Shown: positions 1 to 15,500, counted from the first letter of the stretch. The stretch: 64,000 bases of DNA from Camelus dromedarius (GCF_036321535.1 NC_087436.1:88166001-88230000), one strand, 5' to 3'. Numbers and translations: made by a program. The notes: generated by a model not told the origin, from the letters alone.

Positions 1-294
1 ACATGCAAATGAACTTGAATCTTATATTCAAATACAAATTCAAAACACTTCACAAAGCCAAATAAATATACACCCAGTTTTGGGTCATCATGGAATTGTA
101 CTGAAATAAATTTTGGAAATATTGTACACCAGATTCACAGTAAGCACTAAACAGATCTTTATCTCTGAAGTTGTTACTTATTCTGAATATTTGCAAAAGC
201 ACTTTATTGAAGCACAGTTAACAATATACATTGAAAAAAACACTAAAATGTTAATAGACATTAATTAAATCTGGTGAGATGACAGGTGATTTTT

Positions 295-343
295 TTAAAA
301 ATTTTTATTGAAGTATAGCTGATTTACGTTGTGTTCGTTTCTG
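295..343 (-). mobile_element. Extremely 5'-truncated L1 3' end
   Basis: tttttattgaagtatagctgatttac matches the artiodactyl L1 terminus; imperfect flanking repeats at 280-294 and 344-358. Confidence 0.6.
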
Positions 344-696
344 TGACATGTGACTTTTAAAAATCATTTTTATATTTTCTGAGCTTTCAAAGAGGGCATA
401 TTTTATAATCATGAGGGAGAAGGGTGAAGTGGTGGTTTTTAAAGAAAGCAGATCTGTATTTAAAATAGAGATAAGCTTTCCAGTAGTCTCCTCAGAGACT
501 TGTTTCCAATAACGTGAAATCTCTTGATTAAAAAAAAAAATAGACATTTGATTTTTGTAACATGTACCTTATGCCAAGTAATCTTTCTCCTTATGCTGTT
601 TTTTGGTTGTTTGTAAAAAATGTCAGTATAGATACGCTATTGACCTGTTTATGTTGAAATAGTTGAGTCAAACATGGGCATTTTATTTCTGTGTAG

Positions 697-912
<216 letters not shown>

Positions 913-944
913 TGAGCATTTTCTTACTGGATCAGTAATCTTAA

Positions 945-1094
<150 letters not shown>

Positions 1095-1263
1095 TGAAGG
1101 AAGGGACGTTACTGTGTCTCCTTGCTTGTCTTTTCTAACTGACCTGACTTACGGTGTTGACTAAGAGTGAAAAAACTGTCACTTGTCTTTGTGGCACTTG
1201 GCAGCCATGCTCATTAAGTATTCGCCCAGTAGGTATTAGACCAAATAAAACTCCACTCACTGA

Positions 1264-1578
<315 letters not shown>

Positions 1579-4500
1579 TAGTTACAACTGCATGTGAATC
1601 AAGGGTTTTAACCCTGGGATCTTTGCTTATTAAGGTCAGAGTAAGGTCAAAAGGTAACAATCTAAATTGGGGACTAAATATGGTTAGTACAATTAGTCAA
1701 TAGCAGAAGAAGTCTGAAATAAAAGGAACATCTAATTTTTTTTTTCTTTATCTTTAAAAATATAAAGTAAAAATGGATTTCTTCAAAAGTATTTTTTTTA
1801 ATGTAGAGTGTGCTTACTCTTAAATGTTTACATGAGCGATACTAATTAATGTGCAGCAGAACAGTAAAAAAATTACATTAAATTTATCAAACAGTTTTAA
1901 AGAGGGTGGCCCTGAAGCTAACTGGACGGCTGAGGGGCTTTGGCTGTCAAGAACGCTCTGCTGGGGCCGAGCCCCTGCCTGACACTGCTCACCGCTTTAT
2001 TCTTTAGGATTGTGCCAGCTCCCCTACATGCCTCATTTCATTCAATACCAGGGCTTTCTCCTCCACATTGATTCAGTTTAGAGAAAATTGATAGTTGTGT
2101 CAGCTTAGATGCTTCCTGAATGGAAAATCCAACTCAAAAAGTAGATTTACCAGCTCACAAAACCGAGCAAGCCCAGAGCCAGAGCTTATGTGGATGGGCC
2201 TCCATGCTGTTTCTGGCCATTTCTCTGCAGTTCGCTAGGCTCTGCCCGTCTCTACAAGTCAGCTTGACCTCAGATGGTCTTGGTTGTGTCCCCACACAGC
2301 AGTGTTCAGAGGAAGCGAGGGTCACTTCCGAACATGCTCTCACGGAAGTGAAGGAGTACCTCTCCCAAACACCTTTAGCACACTTCTTGTCACATCTCAC
2401 TGACCCAAGTTGGGGCATCTGCCAATTTCTAAAACAATCATTGTGGCAACAATAATAGGATTGCTCACTACCCTGGTTGTGTTGGGCTACTTGAGACCTA
2501 TTCCTGTTGGTGATGCTGGTCCCCTAAACCACAGTTTCCTAAACCTGAAAAGTTCACGTCAAATAGATCACAAAAGTGTTCATTCTAAAATTGTTGTAAG
2601 TATCTATATTCAAGAGCCCAAAATGCCTATAATGTGTCCATAACATGCCATTGATATATCTCTCTCCCAGGACGTTAAAGTCACTCGTAGAACTCACATG
2701 CATTCATCAGCCCTCTTCAGGGGTGTTTCCTTGGGCTCAAATAGGCGAAGTGGAGAAGTGAAAGGTAATGGCCTCTGCCAGGTCACACCAACAGCTGTTG
2801 ATAGGAAACCGGGTTAGGGAAGCCCTCCTGGCTGCTTCAGCCTCCCCTGCAGATATGAGGATGTGACCATAGTGCCTCAGAGTCCAGCAGATGCCGTAGA
2901 CTAGCTTATGAGCAGCACAAGCTCTATGTAATAGCTCACCGTTTACATATTCCCAAACTGGGCAGGTTCATAGGAAACCAAGAACAAGTATTGTCCAGCA
3001 CCTTATAGGCTTATAAACTTTTTTTTTTTTAACTGTGGCCATTGCTAATACATTTTATATCGCATCCGAGTGTATATGTACAGACACACTTTAAAATAAA
3101 AGTTTCAAGAATATGCGTCCTTACTCTATGCTATGCATTTTCTATGTATTTTCTATTTCTTTCATTTCAGTTTTTTTCTTTGAAAAGGGCAGGTCACCAC
3201 CCTCTAAAATTGATATCACTCCTACAACTTGAAAACCACGTTGTAGGAAATAGGACAGACTTGCACATTCAGGCAAGGAAGTGTGGTGGGTTGAAGAGAC
3301 CCACTGCTCTACTTCACAGGCATGAGCCACTTCGAAATTCTTCTGTAGATACTTGCTTTTTTCACAGCAGAATTTAGAATTTCTAAAGGCAGGCTCTTGA
3401 CATTTTTGTAATGGTCAGGTTATTTCTTTTTGTTTGCTTTTTCTTTTTCCAAAGAACACTTCACATGCTTTCAAGTCCAGTACTCTCAAATGTTTGTAGT
3501 AATAAATATGGCTTTTGAAAAGAACCTTAGAATGAATTAAAGATACTTATTGTAGTTCTGTCTTTCATGTAAGTCACAGTAATTTCAGGAGAGTAGTGCT
3601 AATTTATACCTCATAATTCGGCCAAATCAAATGATAGAGATTTTCTAAAACCTAAATCATAGTTTTGCTTTGAACATGGTCACAGGAAATACTTTGCTAC
3701 AAAACAAACTTAACTGCTAATGAAACTCCTGAAATAGTCCCCAACCTTGAAAGCCCACAGTGTGTATTCATTCATTCACCAAATATATGTATCTTGGGCC
3801 ATTGACCTTATTATGTGTTATGCTGCATCATAATATGTGAAATGATATGTTCAAGGAAGGTGGCTTTCAAAGTCTGACCTGCAGACCTCCGAGCTTCTAG
3901 GACCCCTGAGAAACAGGGAAAGGTCCAAGGGCCAATGGGCAGAGCTCCTGGCCACCTTTTTCAACCAGAGCAGCTCTGCTTTTGTTCATCAGTTCTGCAC
4001 AGTTGACTTCCACCATAAATTTCATTTGAAATTAGTATTCCTCTGCTTTATTTTAAAAGAAAAAAAAATTTGAAAAACCTCTATTCTGGACAGTTCCTCT
4101 TGGGTAAAGGAATACATGTAAATCATATTTTGCTAGCCAGTTCACTATGATTTGTCATGTCAGAGCTTAAGAAAGAGTGTAAGAATTACATCCCTTACAC
4201 AAGGAGAATCAGCTTGGAATAACAGAAACATAACTTACTATATAAATCCGTAAGTGGGACTAAATTGAAATTTGTCTGATTCCCTGTTGACCTTTTGAAG
4301 TTGGCAAAGGTTATATTTTGATAGCTATGATCTTAATTTTAAACTACTTTGTAGCAAAAAAATAACCATTGGATTTAGCCAGAACCACCTGACAGTCTAA
4401 AATAATTGTGACCCTACATGTTGTCAACTGAATGTGGGTATTTTAAGTCAGTTTTGCATTGTATCCAGTATTAAATCTATGTAAATTTGGAAGGTTTTTC

Positions 4501-4753
4501 TTAATAAGTTTGTGTTGCCACAGTGTATCACAGAAATGTTGTTTTAAATGTCTGTCTCTGACTTTTTCACAATATATTTTGCATAAAAAAGTAATTTGAA
4601 TCACATGTTGGCTTCCTGCACAAAGCTTAATCCAGAGCTTGAATCAGTCTTTGGGTTTGAGAAAGCAAAGAGTTTTCCCCAAAAGTGTAGCGTATATTTA
4701 AATGTTTGTCTTCGTTCTTTCTAATTCTGTGTGTTTTCCTTTTTGCTAACCAG

Positions 4754-4762
4754 GAGCTGCAG
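4754..4762 (+). CDS. FRYL: FRYL 9-nt alternative microexon (ELQ)
   Basis: Long pyrimidine tract, ttgctaaccag|GAGCTGCAG|gtaagt; consensus donor; frame preserving. Confidence 0.8.
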
Positions 4763-5113
4763 GTAAGTTGCAGCCTGGTGTTGTGAATTGTTCATCTGTT
4801 GTCACCTGTGATGTATGTGTCTTTTTTGTGGTCCCATCTGTGTTTGTGTATTAGAATAGAAATGGCCTAGGTATTAGATTTAGTTGGTCCCCAGTAGTAC
4901 AAGATGGAAAGCCAAGAAAATCCTTCAGTTAAAACAGGTTATCAACCAAATATTTTGATCTCTTTAAATATAAATATTGAATGATGTTTTAAAAGTTTCA
5001 AGAAATTGAAGGGCTGATTGAAACTCTGCTTATGACAATGCATTAAGTTTTTTTCATCTTGGTGTATGTTTTCCCGGTGTATTACATTTCCTACATTTGT
5101 AAGCATGTATTGA

Positions 5114-5353
<240 letters not shown>

Positions 5354-7427
5354 TGACCTGTTCGCCCAGCGACAATTGGTCTCTTCTTCCTCTTAACTTC
5401 CAACTTAGTAATTAGTGTTTCTCGATATTCTGATTGTCTTTTCCATGTGGGTAAAATGCTCACTGAAATGAAAATACAGAATCGTAGCAGTGATGGAGTG
5501 TTCCATTAGTCATGACAGAACTAGACATTTGATGCTGCACACCCCTTAGCTGCTGAGACACATTTTCTATTGCTTCTCCCCTGGTGACGGTGACTTGTGC
5601 TGGGCGTTCTGAGAGGCCCTCAGCTTGAATGATACATGTTTTGGTACTGGTGTGAACACCAGCCCTGCTTAATTCTCCACCTGCTTTTCTTTCTTCATTA
5701 ATGGAGGACAACCTTGCTCTCTTTGCAAAATCAAGTCAGTTGTATGGAGGCTCTGAATAGTATTCCAAAGGCCAGACAGCAAAGATTCAGAGAGAGAGAG
5801 AGATAGGAAATGAAGGCTGCAAGGAGTGGTCTGTCTGTTCAGGAATGCGGGGTGAAGGGAACGCTAAACCTGCAGTGGCAGCTGAGTTGGAACTTGAAGA
5901 CGGCAGAATGAGGAAAGAGAAGGCATGTGGAGCAACCATGCGGCTCATATGATGACAAACCAGCTAGTGAGGACCATATAGCAGCCAGTCACACAGCTCT
6001 TACATGGGTGCCCGTGTCAGGCCTCTAATTTAATGTCGCATCAGCTGCTCGTGAAGTGCTGGCAGTGCACTGAGTGGCGGGGCTGAACTGGCTTCAGACA
6101 ACGTGCACAGTTGTCGTTTTGGGCTTGGCTTCCTGTCACCTCTCCTGTTTTGGCATCTCCTATTTCCCCAATATGACTGTCAACGAACTCCCTTTTGCGT
6201 ATTAAGTGATAAGCTGTTGCTGATAACAGTAGCAGTAGTTACCGCTGGCTGAGTGTTTGAGGGGCACCAGGTCAAGGTGTTCACATGGATTAGTCACTAG
6301 GACTCTCCCTGCAGCCACGTGATTGTTACAGTGTGGTTACTGCCCATCTGCAGGTGCAGTGACTTGTCCTGGGACACATAGCTGATAAATGGGTTTGAAC
6401 CAGGCGGTCTGCCTCTAGATCCAGGCCACCTATGGATTGCCCCTCCACGGACTGTGTGCATTTAAGCAAATGGGAGTTAATGGCAGGAGTGACCCACTGA
6501 ATGAGGCACAGGCCCTCCCTGGGGCCAGACTGGAGGCTGGCATCCTGCCACCAACCCGCTGTGGAATTGCAGTCAAGTTACCTACTCTCTCCTTTAAAAC
6601 AGGACCCCCGGGGGTGCCTGTCTCATGGGAATTTCATGGGGCGGACAGTATAGTAATTGCTTAACAAAGGTTAGCTCCCAGGAGAACCTCAGAGCAGAAC
6701 GGACTTGTCTCCTCTCGAGGCCAACCCTAGTCATAGTGGTAGTGAGATTGAAAAAGAATTTGAAGTTGCTTCCCCCTCATAGGGGAAAAAAAATACATAG
6801 TTTTTGCCTTTACCTCCTCTGAATCACGAACTTGGTTTTTCTTATATTAAATTTTGACTGTGAAAAATGTATAACCCTGCTTAACAGAGAAAAAATTGTA
6901 ATATTTTCTTTTTTCTAATTACGACTAGTTTTCAAAAAACGTAAACCCACTAATGCTGGCCTGCCATGACAGCAACTTCATTGTGCTAATTCTTTTTGTC
7001 TTATTACAGTTTTATGATATTGATTCTTGCTGAACTAAGTGAACAGCCAGTTCAGACTTACGTGCCTACCCTCCAGTTGAAATGAAATGAAATGACCACA
7101 TGAAAACATAAGACATTACTGTAAAATATTCATTTTAGCTCAAGATGAGCATAGTCACATAGAGCTCTTCCACTTTGGTAGTTCTTCTTTAGCAAAATGT
7201 AACCATATTAATGGCTGTTTCATTTCTGCCGATGGCCTAGCTGCTTGCATTAACAGCACCAATTCTGGGATAGACTGAAATGAGGGGAACAGATAATTTT
7301 AGGAAGTCGAAGAAGCTCTTTAAAACTATGGCCCCAGATTATCTTATGACATAGAATGTTTCCTGTGGCCTTTGTGACCATTGCTGACTCAGAGATGAAT
7401 TCCTCCTTTTATGATCTCTCCTTTTAG

Positions 7428-7595
7428 TTAAACAACGATACTGCTGTGGATGAAACTTTGCCAGACCATCCCGACTTACTTCTTCAGTCTCAAGATTCCA
7501 CTGGCAGCATCTCAACAGAAGAAGTGCTGCAAATCAGAGATGAGACCCCAAGTTTGGAAGCTTCCCTAGATAATGCTAACAGCCAGCTGCCTGAG
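7428..7595 (+). CDS. FRYL: FRYL coding exon (LNNDTAVDETLPDHPD...NSQLPE)
   Basis: cttttag| and GAG|gtgggg; 168 nt, phase 0/0, open frame. Confidence 0.92.
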
Positions 7596-8461
7596 GTGGG
7601 GAGATGTGGGGGCTGGTGCGTGGCCAATCTGGGCTCCTTTTAAAGCAATCCGTTCCATCCCTTGCTTTTCTTTCGGAAGAGTTGTCATCTGATATGCTAA
7701 TTATTTGATTTGTTTCCAGTATTTCTAACCTGTTGGGTTGCTTTAAGTGAAACAGTCAAATCCGATGGTTAAAAAAAAAAAAATTTGATGGATTAAGGAA
7801 ATGACCTACAGGTTAAAAATAACCCTGAGTGTTTTTAATGAGCATTTTGTGCTGCAGAATGTGATTAGGTTAATGTAAGGTGCTTCTCTGGGGACGGGCA
7901 GCATCTTCTGTGGCGCTGTGCCTTCTCTGAAGGACCGCTTTTGTTTTTCCTTCCTTTGTTGCTTTGTGTTTGGGTTTTTGTGATTGGTGCTGTAATTGGG
8001 ATCAAAACCTCAGGCTAGCTGTGTTAGCAGCTGGTCAAAGGAAACCTTTTAGAAAGACTTTGGAACTACTAGTTTTATGTTTTTTGGAAAGGCCTGTGAG
8101 AAGTAAGCCAGATTCCAAGCTAATGACTGATCAAAAATAAGTAAGTATTAGTTTTCTTAGTTATTTTTTTAAGATTTTTTTATATACTTTTTTAAAACTA
8201 TAATTGCTATAGCTCTATTGTATGTGCTATTATGCTTTGGTGTTAGGAAAATACTACATTTTTTCAGTGTTAACCAAATTAATGTACTTATTAGATCTAG
8301 ACCAGTCTAGTTAGTAATCTTATTGTCTGAGTAAGTTGAAGTCTCATGTTCTTACTGTGCCGACAGTGTATTATACATCTTGACAGTAGGCAAACCTACT
8401 TTGAAATGAAGGCATTTGGACAGTTTTTTAAATGCTCATATTGGTATGGCTGAAGTTTAGA

Positions 8462-8800
8462 TCATTCGATTCAACAAACATTTATTGAGATGTACTGGAT
8501 GCTAGGCATTCCACTAGGTACTAGAAAGATGAATAAGGCATGGCCCTGGTCTCAAGAGTGTCCATTATCTATTAAAGGAGACAGACAAGGTTAAAAAAAC
8601 TACATGTCAGTATGAGAAACTCAGTAATAGACATGTTCGAGGCTCTGTAAAAACTCAGAGGAGAGATTGATGAGCTGTGCATTCGGGGTGACGGTGGCAA
8701 AGGACAGGCTTCATGGTAACTGAGACATTCCAGGCAGAGGGACTTCACGTAGGAAGACTTGTCACGTGAAGCTACATGGTGTGTTCAGGTAGCAGCAAGA
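8462..8800 (-). mobile_element. L2 LINE 3' fragment
   Basis: cattcgattcaacaaacatttattgag...ctaggc resembles the L2 terminus; end approximate. Confidence 0.6.
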
Positions 8801-11603
8801 TGTTCGGTCTTTGAGGCTAAAACGCAGGAGGAGGAGCAGCAGCAGCAGCAGGAGAGACGGGTGGGTCTGAGACGTGCTGGGCCCCACACGCCATGCTAAA
8901 GTCAGACTTTACCTTGAGATGACAGGAGGTCGTGAATTTGCGTTCTTTCCAGAGACGCCTGTTGTGTGACAGGCCCTGTACCAGACACCTGGGTGGGAAC
9001 ACAGGGCACACGAGCAGCCAGGCATTTAACCAGGGCTCACTGAGCCCCCACGGCGGGCCGGGCGCTATCCCAGGCCCTGGGCGTACAGCACCGTGCGAAA
9101 CGGGCAACGGCTCCTGGGTTGTGGCGCTTAATTCTAGTAGGAGGGACAGAACGAACATGGAAACAGGTAAAACATAAAGAATATATCAGAGAGTGGTCTT
9201 CTTACTGTTGATACTAAGAAAATCTAAGAGTCATGTGGACTTGGTGAGGGAGAAAGTGTGGTGGCATTTGAGGTGAAAGCTAAGTGAGGAGGAGGAGCCA
9301 GCCCTTGAGAGTGTGGAGGAAGAAAGACCGTTCCAGGCCTGGGAGAGAGGCCGGAGCAGAAAAGGCCGGGGTGCATCTGAGGAGCAGCCACGCTGGCTGG
9401 CAGTGGGGGGTGTGTGACACAGTGAACCCCAGAAAGTGGATGGGGGCAGACGCGGCCAGGGGAGGGCAAGGTGCTCTCAAGGGCATCTTAGAGGCCACAT
9501 AGCAGGTGGCCACAGGAGGATTTCAAGCAGAAGGACAGGATCTGATTATGTTTATTTTTTTGAATCTCGCCTTTTTTTGGTGGAAAAAGGAAAGTCAGTT
9601 CTAGCACCTGCACCGGCCACGTGGAGCTTGCAGTCTGTCGTCAGGGAAGGTTACAGCCTGACTGGTGTTTCAAGAAAGTCTCAATGACAGAGGTGTGCTG
9701 GGAGGACAGGAGGCCGAGAGAGGGGCCTGGACAAAGCCAGAGTGTGCGGACAGGGACATGTGTATGGGCAGAGCTGACGGGGTTTAGGGCTGCACCTTAA
9801 GTGAACGATGTTCCACTCGGTGTTGGAAGACTCGTTACCTGAGCATCAGCCACCAGTTAATCTACTGTCCGGTGTAGCTGTATGTTCCAGGTCAGACTTT
9901 CTCATTAGAAACACTGGGAAACGGCAGGCTGATACAAGAAATACCTTTTTAACAAAAGCAGTATAGTTAATGGTTGTGTGATTTTAATTTTACTTAATGG
10001 GGAAATCTTTTATTTTTGATTATTAAAATAGCTGTAATCACCATGAGTAAACTACCTCTTAGAAATAATTCATATTTATTGGAAATGAATTAGAAATTCA
10101 TCTATATTTCAATATACATTGGAAATTGTGTTATGTCAGATGAGACATTCATTCATCCAGCAATACTTAAGGGGCCTACTTCCAAGCCGCCATAAAGTTC
10201 CTAAGGATACTTTTTTTTAATAAAGGAAAAATACTTTAATTTTCTAGGTTTTTCCTCTTACAGTAGTATATTTCATTATCACTATAAACTTCGTGACACT
10301 GGCAGATGAGACTGAAGGAGATATTTTTGAAATATATTATTTGAATTAGAAATAGTTCCATTGTCATGAAAATTATCACCAAAAGAATGGATGTCCACAA
10401 GGGAATAATTCAAGTTTGTATCTGTTGGATATGTTGGCCTAATTTGTTTTTCCCTGATACGCCAGTGTCAAATGACCCAAAATTGCCCCTTTAAAAAAAG
10501 TATGAAAGCACTAAGATATTGAAATAAAACCGTTAAGTCTATTACATAGATATATATGGGTATATATGGTATCTATATTGTTATAAAGCAATTTCTTGAG
10601 ATGAGGAATACAATTAATCTTAACAGATGAAATATTTTATGAACTAAAGAAGTCCTAGAAATGTTTATTTGAATTTTTTTCCCTTACATTATGTTAATAT
10701 CAGGAAGATAAAACAGAATAGGCCAAAGCATCCGCCTCATGACAGAAACTCTGGAGCTCAGTTTGTCCGTCCCTTCTCTGTAATATATACAAATTACGCT
10801 TTGAGTTCTAGAAGGGATGGTATTCTTTACCTTTGTTTATCAGAGAGGCCTCCACAGACGGATTTCTTCTAGCATTTATAATAGTTTAGATACCAAATCA
10901 TGTATGGCAGAAACTATTCCTTATAGGAAATGAATCTTTGAATTTGTGTGTGTGAGAGACTGTCATTATGTAATAAGATAAAATTCAGGAAAATTTGATT
11001 CTCACAGTCTGCATATAACAGTGGAATGCATTCCATTAGCCAAAAAGCACTCTCTTCATGAAATCTAGGTGTTATTAAAAATTTCAGCATATACTCTATA
11101 ATACTAACTTTAGGTAAAACAAATTGCCCAAATTACCTATTTTCAAATTATTATTCCAGAACAAATGACAACAAAATACAGGTGTACACTAATGAGAAGT
11201 GAAGACATTAAACTAAGAAGTTTGGTGGGTTATTTCAACATGATATATTGATGTAGAAGGAAGACTTAATACCAATAAAAATTCTAGGTGTAGAAATATC
11301 TTTAGCACTACTACTTAAACTATCTCTCTGAATAACTAATGCCTACCCTTTTAATGGCCAAATCTCTAAGAAAAAGATTCAGATGGAAACCTTAAATAGA
11401 ATGTACTAAATATAAGCTATTGGAATGATTAAGGAGTGATATACTCTATTATTTACAAAGTACTGCTCTGTGAAGACTCAAATAATTTGCTGCTTTCCCT
11501 GCGTAACTAACTCCAGACCAGTGTTGCCATAGTACACTTGTGTTTTCCTACCATGTTTCTATGCCTTTGATATCTTCTAAGTCCTTTTCCTTGAGATATT
11601 ATC

Positions 11604-11939
11604 TGTCTTAGGCAGCTTGGGTTGCTATAACAAAATACAATCATCTGGGTGCCTTATCAACAACAGAAATGCATTTCTCACTGTTCTGGAGGCCAGGAAG
11701 TCACAGAGCAAGGTGCCACCCGCACTGTCTGGTGAGCCCTCTTCCTGATAGCTCTTCTTGTTCACGTGGTGGAAAAAGAACAAGCTAGCTCTCTGTCCCC
11801 TTCCTATAAGGGCACTAATCCCATTCATGAGGGTTCTACCCTCATGACCCAATCACCTCCTAAAGGACACACCTCTCACACCCCCATTGGGGGTTAGGGG
11901 TGAGAATTCTGAGGGGACCAAAACAGTCAGTCCATAACA
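11604..11939 (-). mobile_element. MaLR solo LTR (MLT1A-like)
   Basis: TG...CA termini (tgtcttag...gtccataaca); diagnostic ttctggaggccaggaagtc and ggcactaatcccattcatgaggg. Confidence 0.85.
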
Positions 11940-13399
11940 CTATTGCTACCCCACCTTAATCAAAGCCCAACATCATCTGTTTTCGCCAAAGAGACAGTCT
12001 CCGGTGCCTCACGCAGCTTGATCTTTCCCTTCTTTGAGCACCAGTAGCCCTCTGGGTATCACTTAGGGTACTTACCTTACACTTACCATGCTCTGCTGTA
12101 CACTGTTGTCATTTGCACATCAGCCTAAGCCCATTACCAGTTTGCACTCGAACTGTACTTACTAATTTACCCCAGAGCACTCAACCCAGAATCTGGTCAA
12201 AATCCTTTGCTTTATACATAAACTTTACAGATGAGTAAACAAAAGCCCAGGCTGGTCCAAGGTCAGGGTCTCTGGATTTCACTTACTTTTCATAATTTGG
12301 GAGGAAAGTTCTTTTTTCACCCGTGAAAAAAAGATGAGAAACTACTGTGCAACTAAGTAGGAGCCGTAGGTCTAAGCAGTGATAGAAGTGGATCTTTATT
12401 CCTAAAACTGTGAGGCCATCAGTGCTTATTTTCAAACTGATCAATTAATGTTTATGCCAGTTAAAACTGGTGTTGATAAAGTCATGATATACACCCTGGA
12501 AGTATTTTTCTTTTTTAATAGTGGGTAGTTCATTTATTCAACCAATATCTGTCGAACTTTTGCACCATGCCAGGCACACAGCAACGACATTTCAGTGATG
12601 TTACGATGGACAGGAAGGAAATATATGAGTACACATTATAACCCACACTTCCATTATCATTTGTTTAGAGTTAGGAGAATGCAGGCATTCTTTTTGATAA
12701 GTGAGTTTGTAGTTCATTTAATTCTCAAAAGTACAACAATCTAAAATTTCCCAGTGTTTTCTGTGAAGCATCCTTAGTACTCAAACCTGAATGAGTTATT
12801 GTGGCCTTATTATTTGAGAGAAAATCTTCCATCCCAAGTACTCAGCCCACTTACACAGTAAGGCTGCCTTCCTTGTTTCCATTCAGCAGCCTCCTGATGG
12901 GTTAAGACCTGTTCTCGATTCACGGGTAGCCCCACAGGACCAGTGGGTTAACCATCCTGAACTATCTCCCCTCCTTCTGTCCATAATTCACTGGATGTAA
13001 GGTTCTAGCATGATGAAATCAATGACATTTCAAGTAAGAGAGAGTTAATAGTAACAAATTATGTAGAATTAGAATATGTATGAGAGAAGGTCTTTCACCA
13101 AAGGATGTATTTCTAAGTAAACCCCTAAATCCTATTAAAAGGAAAAAGATCTCCTTGGTGTTTCTATGTGGCATCAGGTGATACATTTTACTTTCAAAAT
13201 GTTTTAAACTTGGAACTATTTAAAAAAAAAAAACAGTTTATATGATCAGAGTCCAAAAACTCCAAACATTATTAAACTGTGCAAATGAAGACTGCCTGCT
13301 AAAATAGATATATATTGGTGACAATGGTCATTTATTCTGTGCTGATGAAATTCTTTTATAGTGTTGTTAAAGTCCGTAAAAACTATGATTGTTTTACAG

Positions 13400-13650
13400 G
13401 ATACAAGTTCAGTATTAAAGGAGGAACAGGTCCTTACAGCCTTTGAAGATGAAGGGCCGTACATTATTCAGGAGCGGCAGGACTCTCTTGTGTGTCAGGG
13501 GCTTCTCGATTTAGAGGAATCTGACGTGCCAGAGCCCCCGGCTCCCGAGAGCTACCCCGGGTCAGTCTGCGATGAAGACGTCACCTTAGCTCTGAAGGAG
13601 CTGGATGAACGATGTGAAGAGGAGGAGGCAGACTTCTCTGGGCTGTCCAG
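13400..13650 (+). CDS. FRYL: FRYL coding exon (DTSSVLKEE...CEEEEADFSGLS)
   Basis: ttacag| and CCAG|gtgaga; 251 nt; ends in phase 2, matching the next exon. Confidence 0.93.
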
Positions 13651-15289
13651 GTGAGACTCCGGCCCCTCCCAGCTATGGCCCTCTGGGCCAGCATGCTGAC
13701 TTCATTTCTGTCTATGTTTGAAAGGTAAAATGAGTTAATGCAATAGGTTTATTTTCTCTTATTGACATTCACTTAAAGAAAAACAAGTAGGCCATTCTCA
13801 GAGCAAAGCGAGTGGCCTTCTACATTTAGAAGTACACCGGGCACCTGTTTTGGCAGAATGCCGAATGGCCAAGTGTTAAAGTCAATACTGGGCCATAGCC
13901 TGAGCCAGGCATCAAATCCTGGAATGAACGACTGTGATACCAGAACAAGTCTGAAATATATTCCAAAAATTATTTTGTAGTTTTATTATCAATGGTCAGA
14001 TTTTTAAAGTTTGACTTACATAATGGGCAGAACTCATCGTTTATTGACCCTGTGAGATGTTAGAATATTGCTTTTAAACATTTACGTACCCTGCATTCAA
14101 AATTTATTGCCACAAGGTATGAAGAATTCTTAAATAGGACTTTTTTTTTCACTCATGGGCTGATGAAATTGAATAATCAGTTACCACACATAGTTCTTAA
14201 AGGAAATTTTTGTGGACATTTTGGTAACTTATATACCAAACAACTCTTTAATGGTTGTAATTATGATATAATCTATATCTACTATTTTGCTTTTTTATGT
14301 TAATTTTATAAATATTTGTGGCTCAAAATAGTGTTCTTTATAAAGGCATCTAATTTAATGCCCTCTCCATCAGTGTATCTATTTCCCTATTCAACAATAT
14401 GAAGCTGCCTTGATAATAATTTTCATATAAAAATTAATATTTAGTAATGCAGTATATCAGCGTTGTGCTCCTACAGTAAAAGATTTTCATTTATACTTCA
14501 AGTGATAACAGAATTGTAACATACACAGCACATGAGATTTTTCACTCTATGTAGAATGCTCACCTATATTTGAAAGTGTACATTCAGATGTTAACAACAA
14601 ATCTTGGTGACACACCTGGTTCATGTTACTGACTTGGAGATGACCGTAGCCTCTGCGGTCACTCACTCATTGATCATACACAAGTTCAGGTTTGCGAGAA
14701 ATGCTGCAGGGGTAGATAACTCTGCTGTCTGGCTGTCTTAAAGGCTGCCGCCAAAGACTGGACTTTGGCCAGTTGCTGAAGTTGAAATAGACTAGAACAT
14801 CCCTACTAAATAAAGGGGTGTATCTACTCAAGCTTAAAGGATACATTTTGTTCAAGTCAATCACCACAGTGACATTTTAAAAATTAACCTTTCTGAAGTA
14901 GAATTTCAGTTTTCACTTCAAATGTCTGCTTCGTTTTGATCTTTTCCCCCAATCTTCTCCGATCTCTCTTCCATATGAATTGCTCCATAATTTCTGTAAA
15001 ACTGTGTGGAGCTGCCCTTTACTGTGAAACATACAGTTTTAAGACCTTGAGTTACACATTTCTTTAAGGAGTCTGACTCCAAACACTTCATCTTTAAGTC
15101 CCCAAATCACACATTTCTTTACAGCATGTCCAACCCAAATTATTTCCATCTTTTTTCACTGTCTCATTTTTATATGGATTATCTGACTGTTGAGATTATA
15201 AATTCCTCAAAGAAAATGGCCAGATCTTATGTTTCTTTGAGTCAAATCTGTTACTGCCATACTGCGAGGCACATAGTGTGTGTCATGGC

Positions 15290-15500
15290 TTTATAACACT
15301 GGGCTTGGACCCATGGTCCTGGCTTCAGATTCTGGCTCTGTCATTTCCTACTCAGTAGCAGAGGCACATCATTGAACTTTTTGTTTCCTCATTGGTAAAA
15401 AATCAGGCTAATAATAGTACTTAACTGTCACTGAGTTGCTGTGAAGACTGAATGAAGACAATCCATACAGAGCACCTACTACATAGCCCTTGACACAGAA
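15290..15500 (+). mobile_element. MIR SINE remnant
   Basis: Core ctggctctgtcatt...gtttcctcatt...ataatagtac...gttgctgtgaagactgaatga. Confidence 0.6.

Noticed and set aside
12312..12331. ttttttcac-cc-gtgaaaaaa hairpin; a similar one lies at 24292-24311
   Set aside because: Short AT-rich stems are expected by chance in 64 kb.
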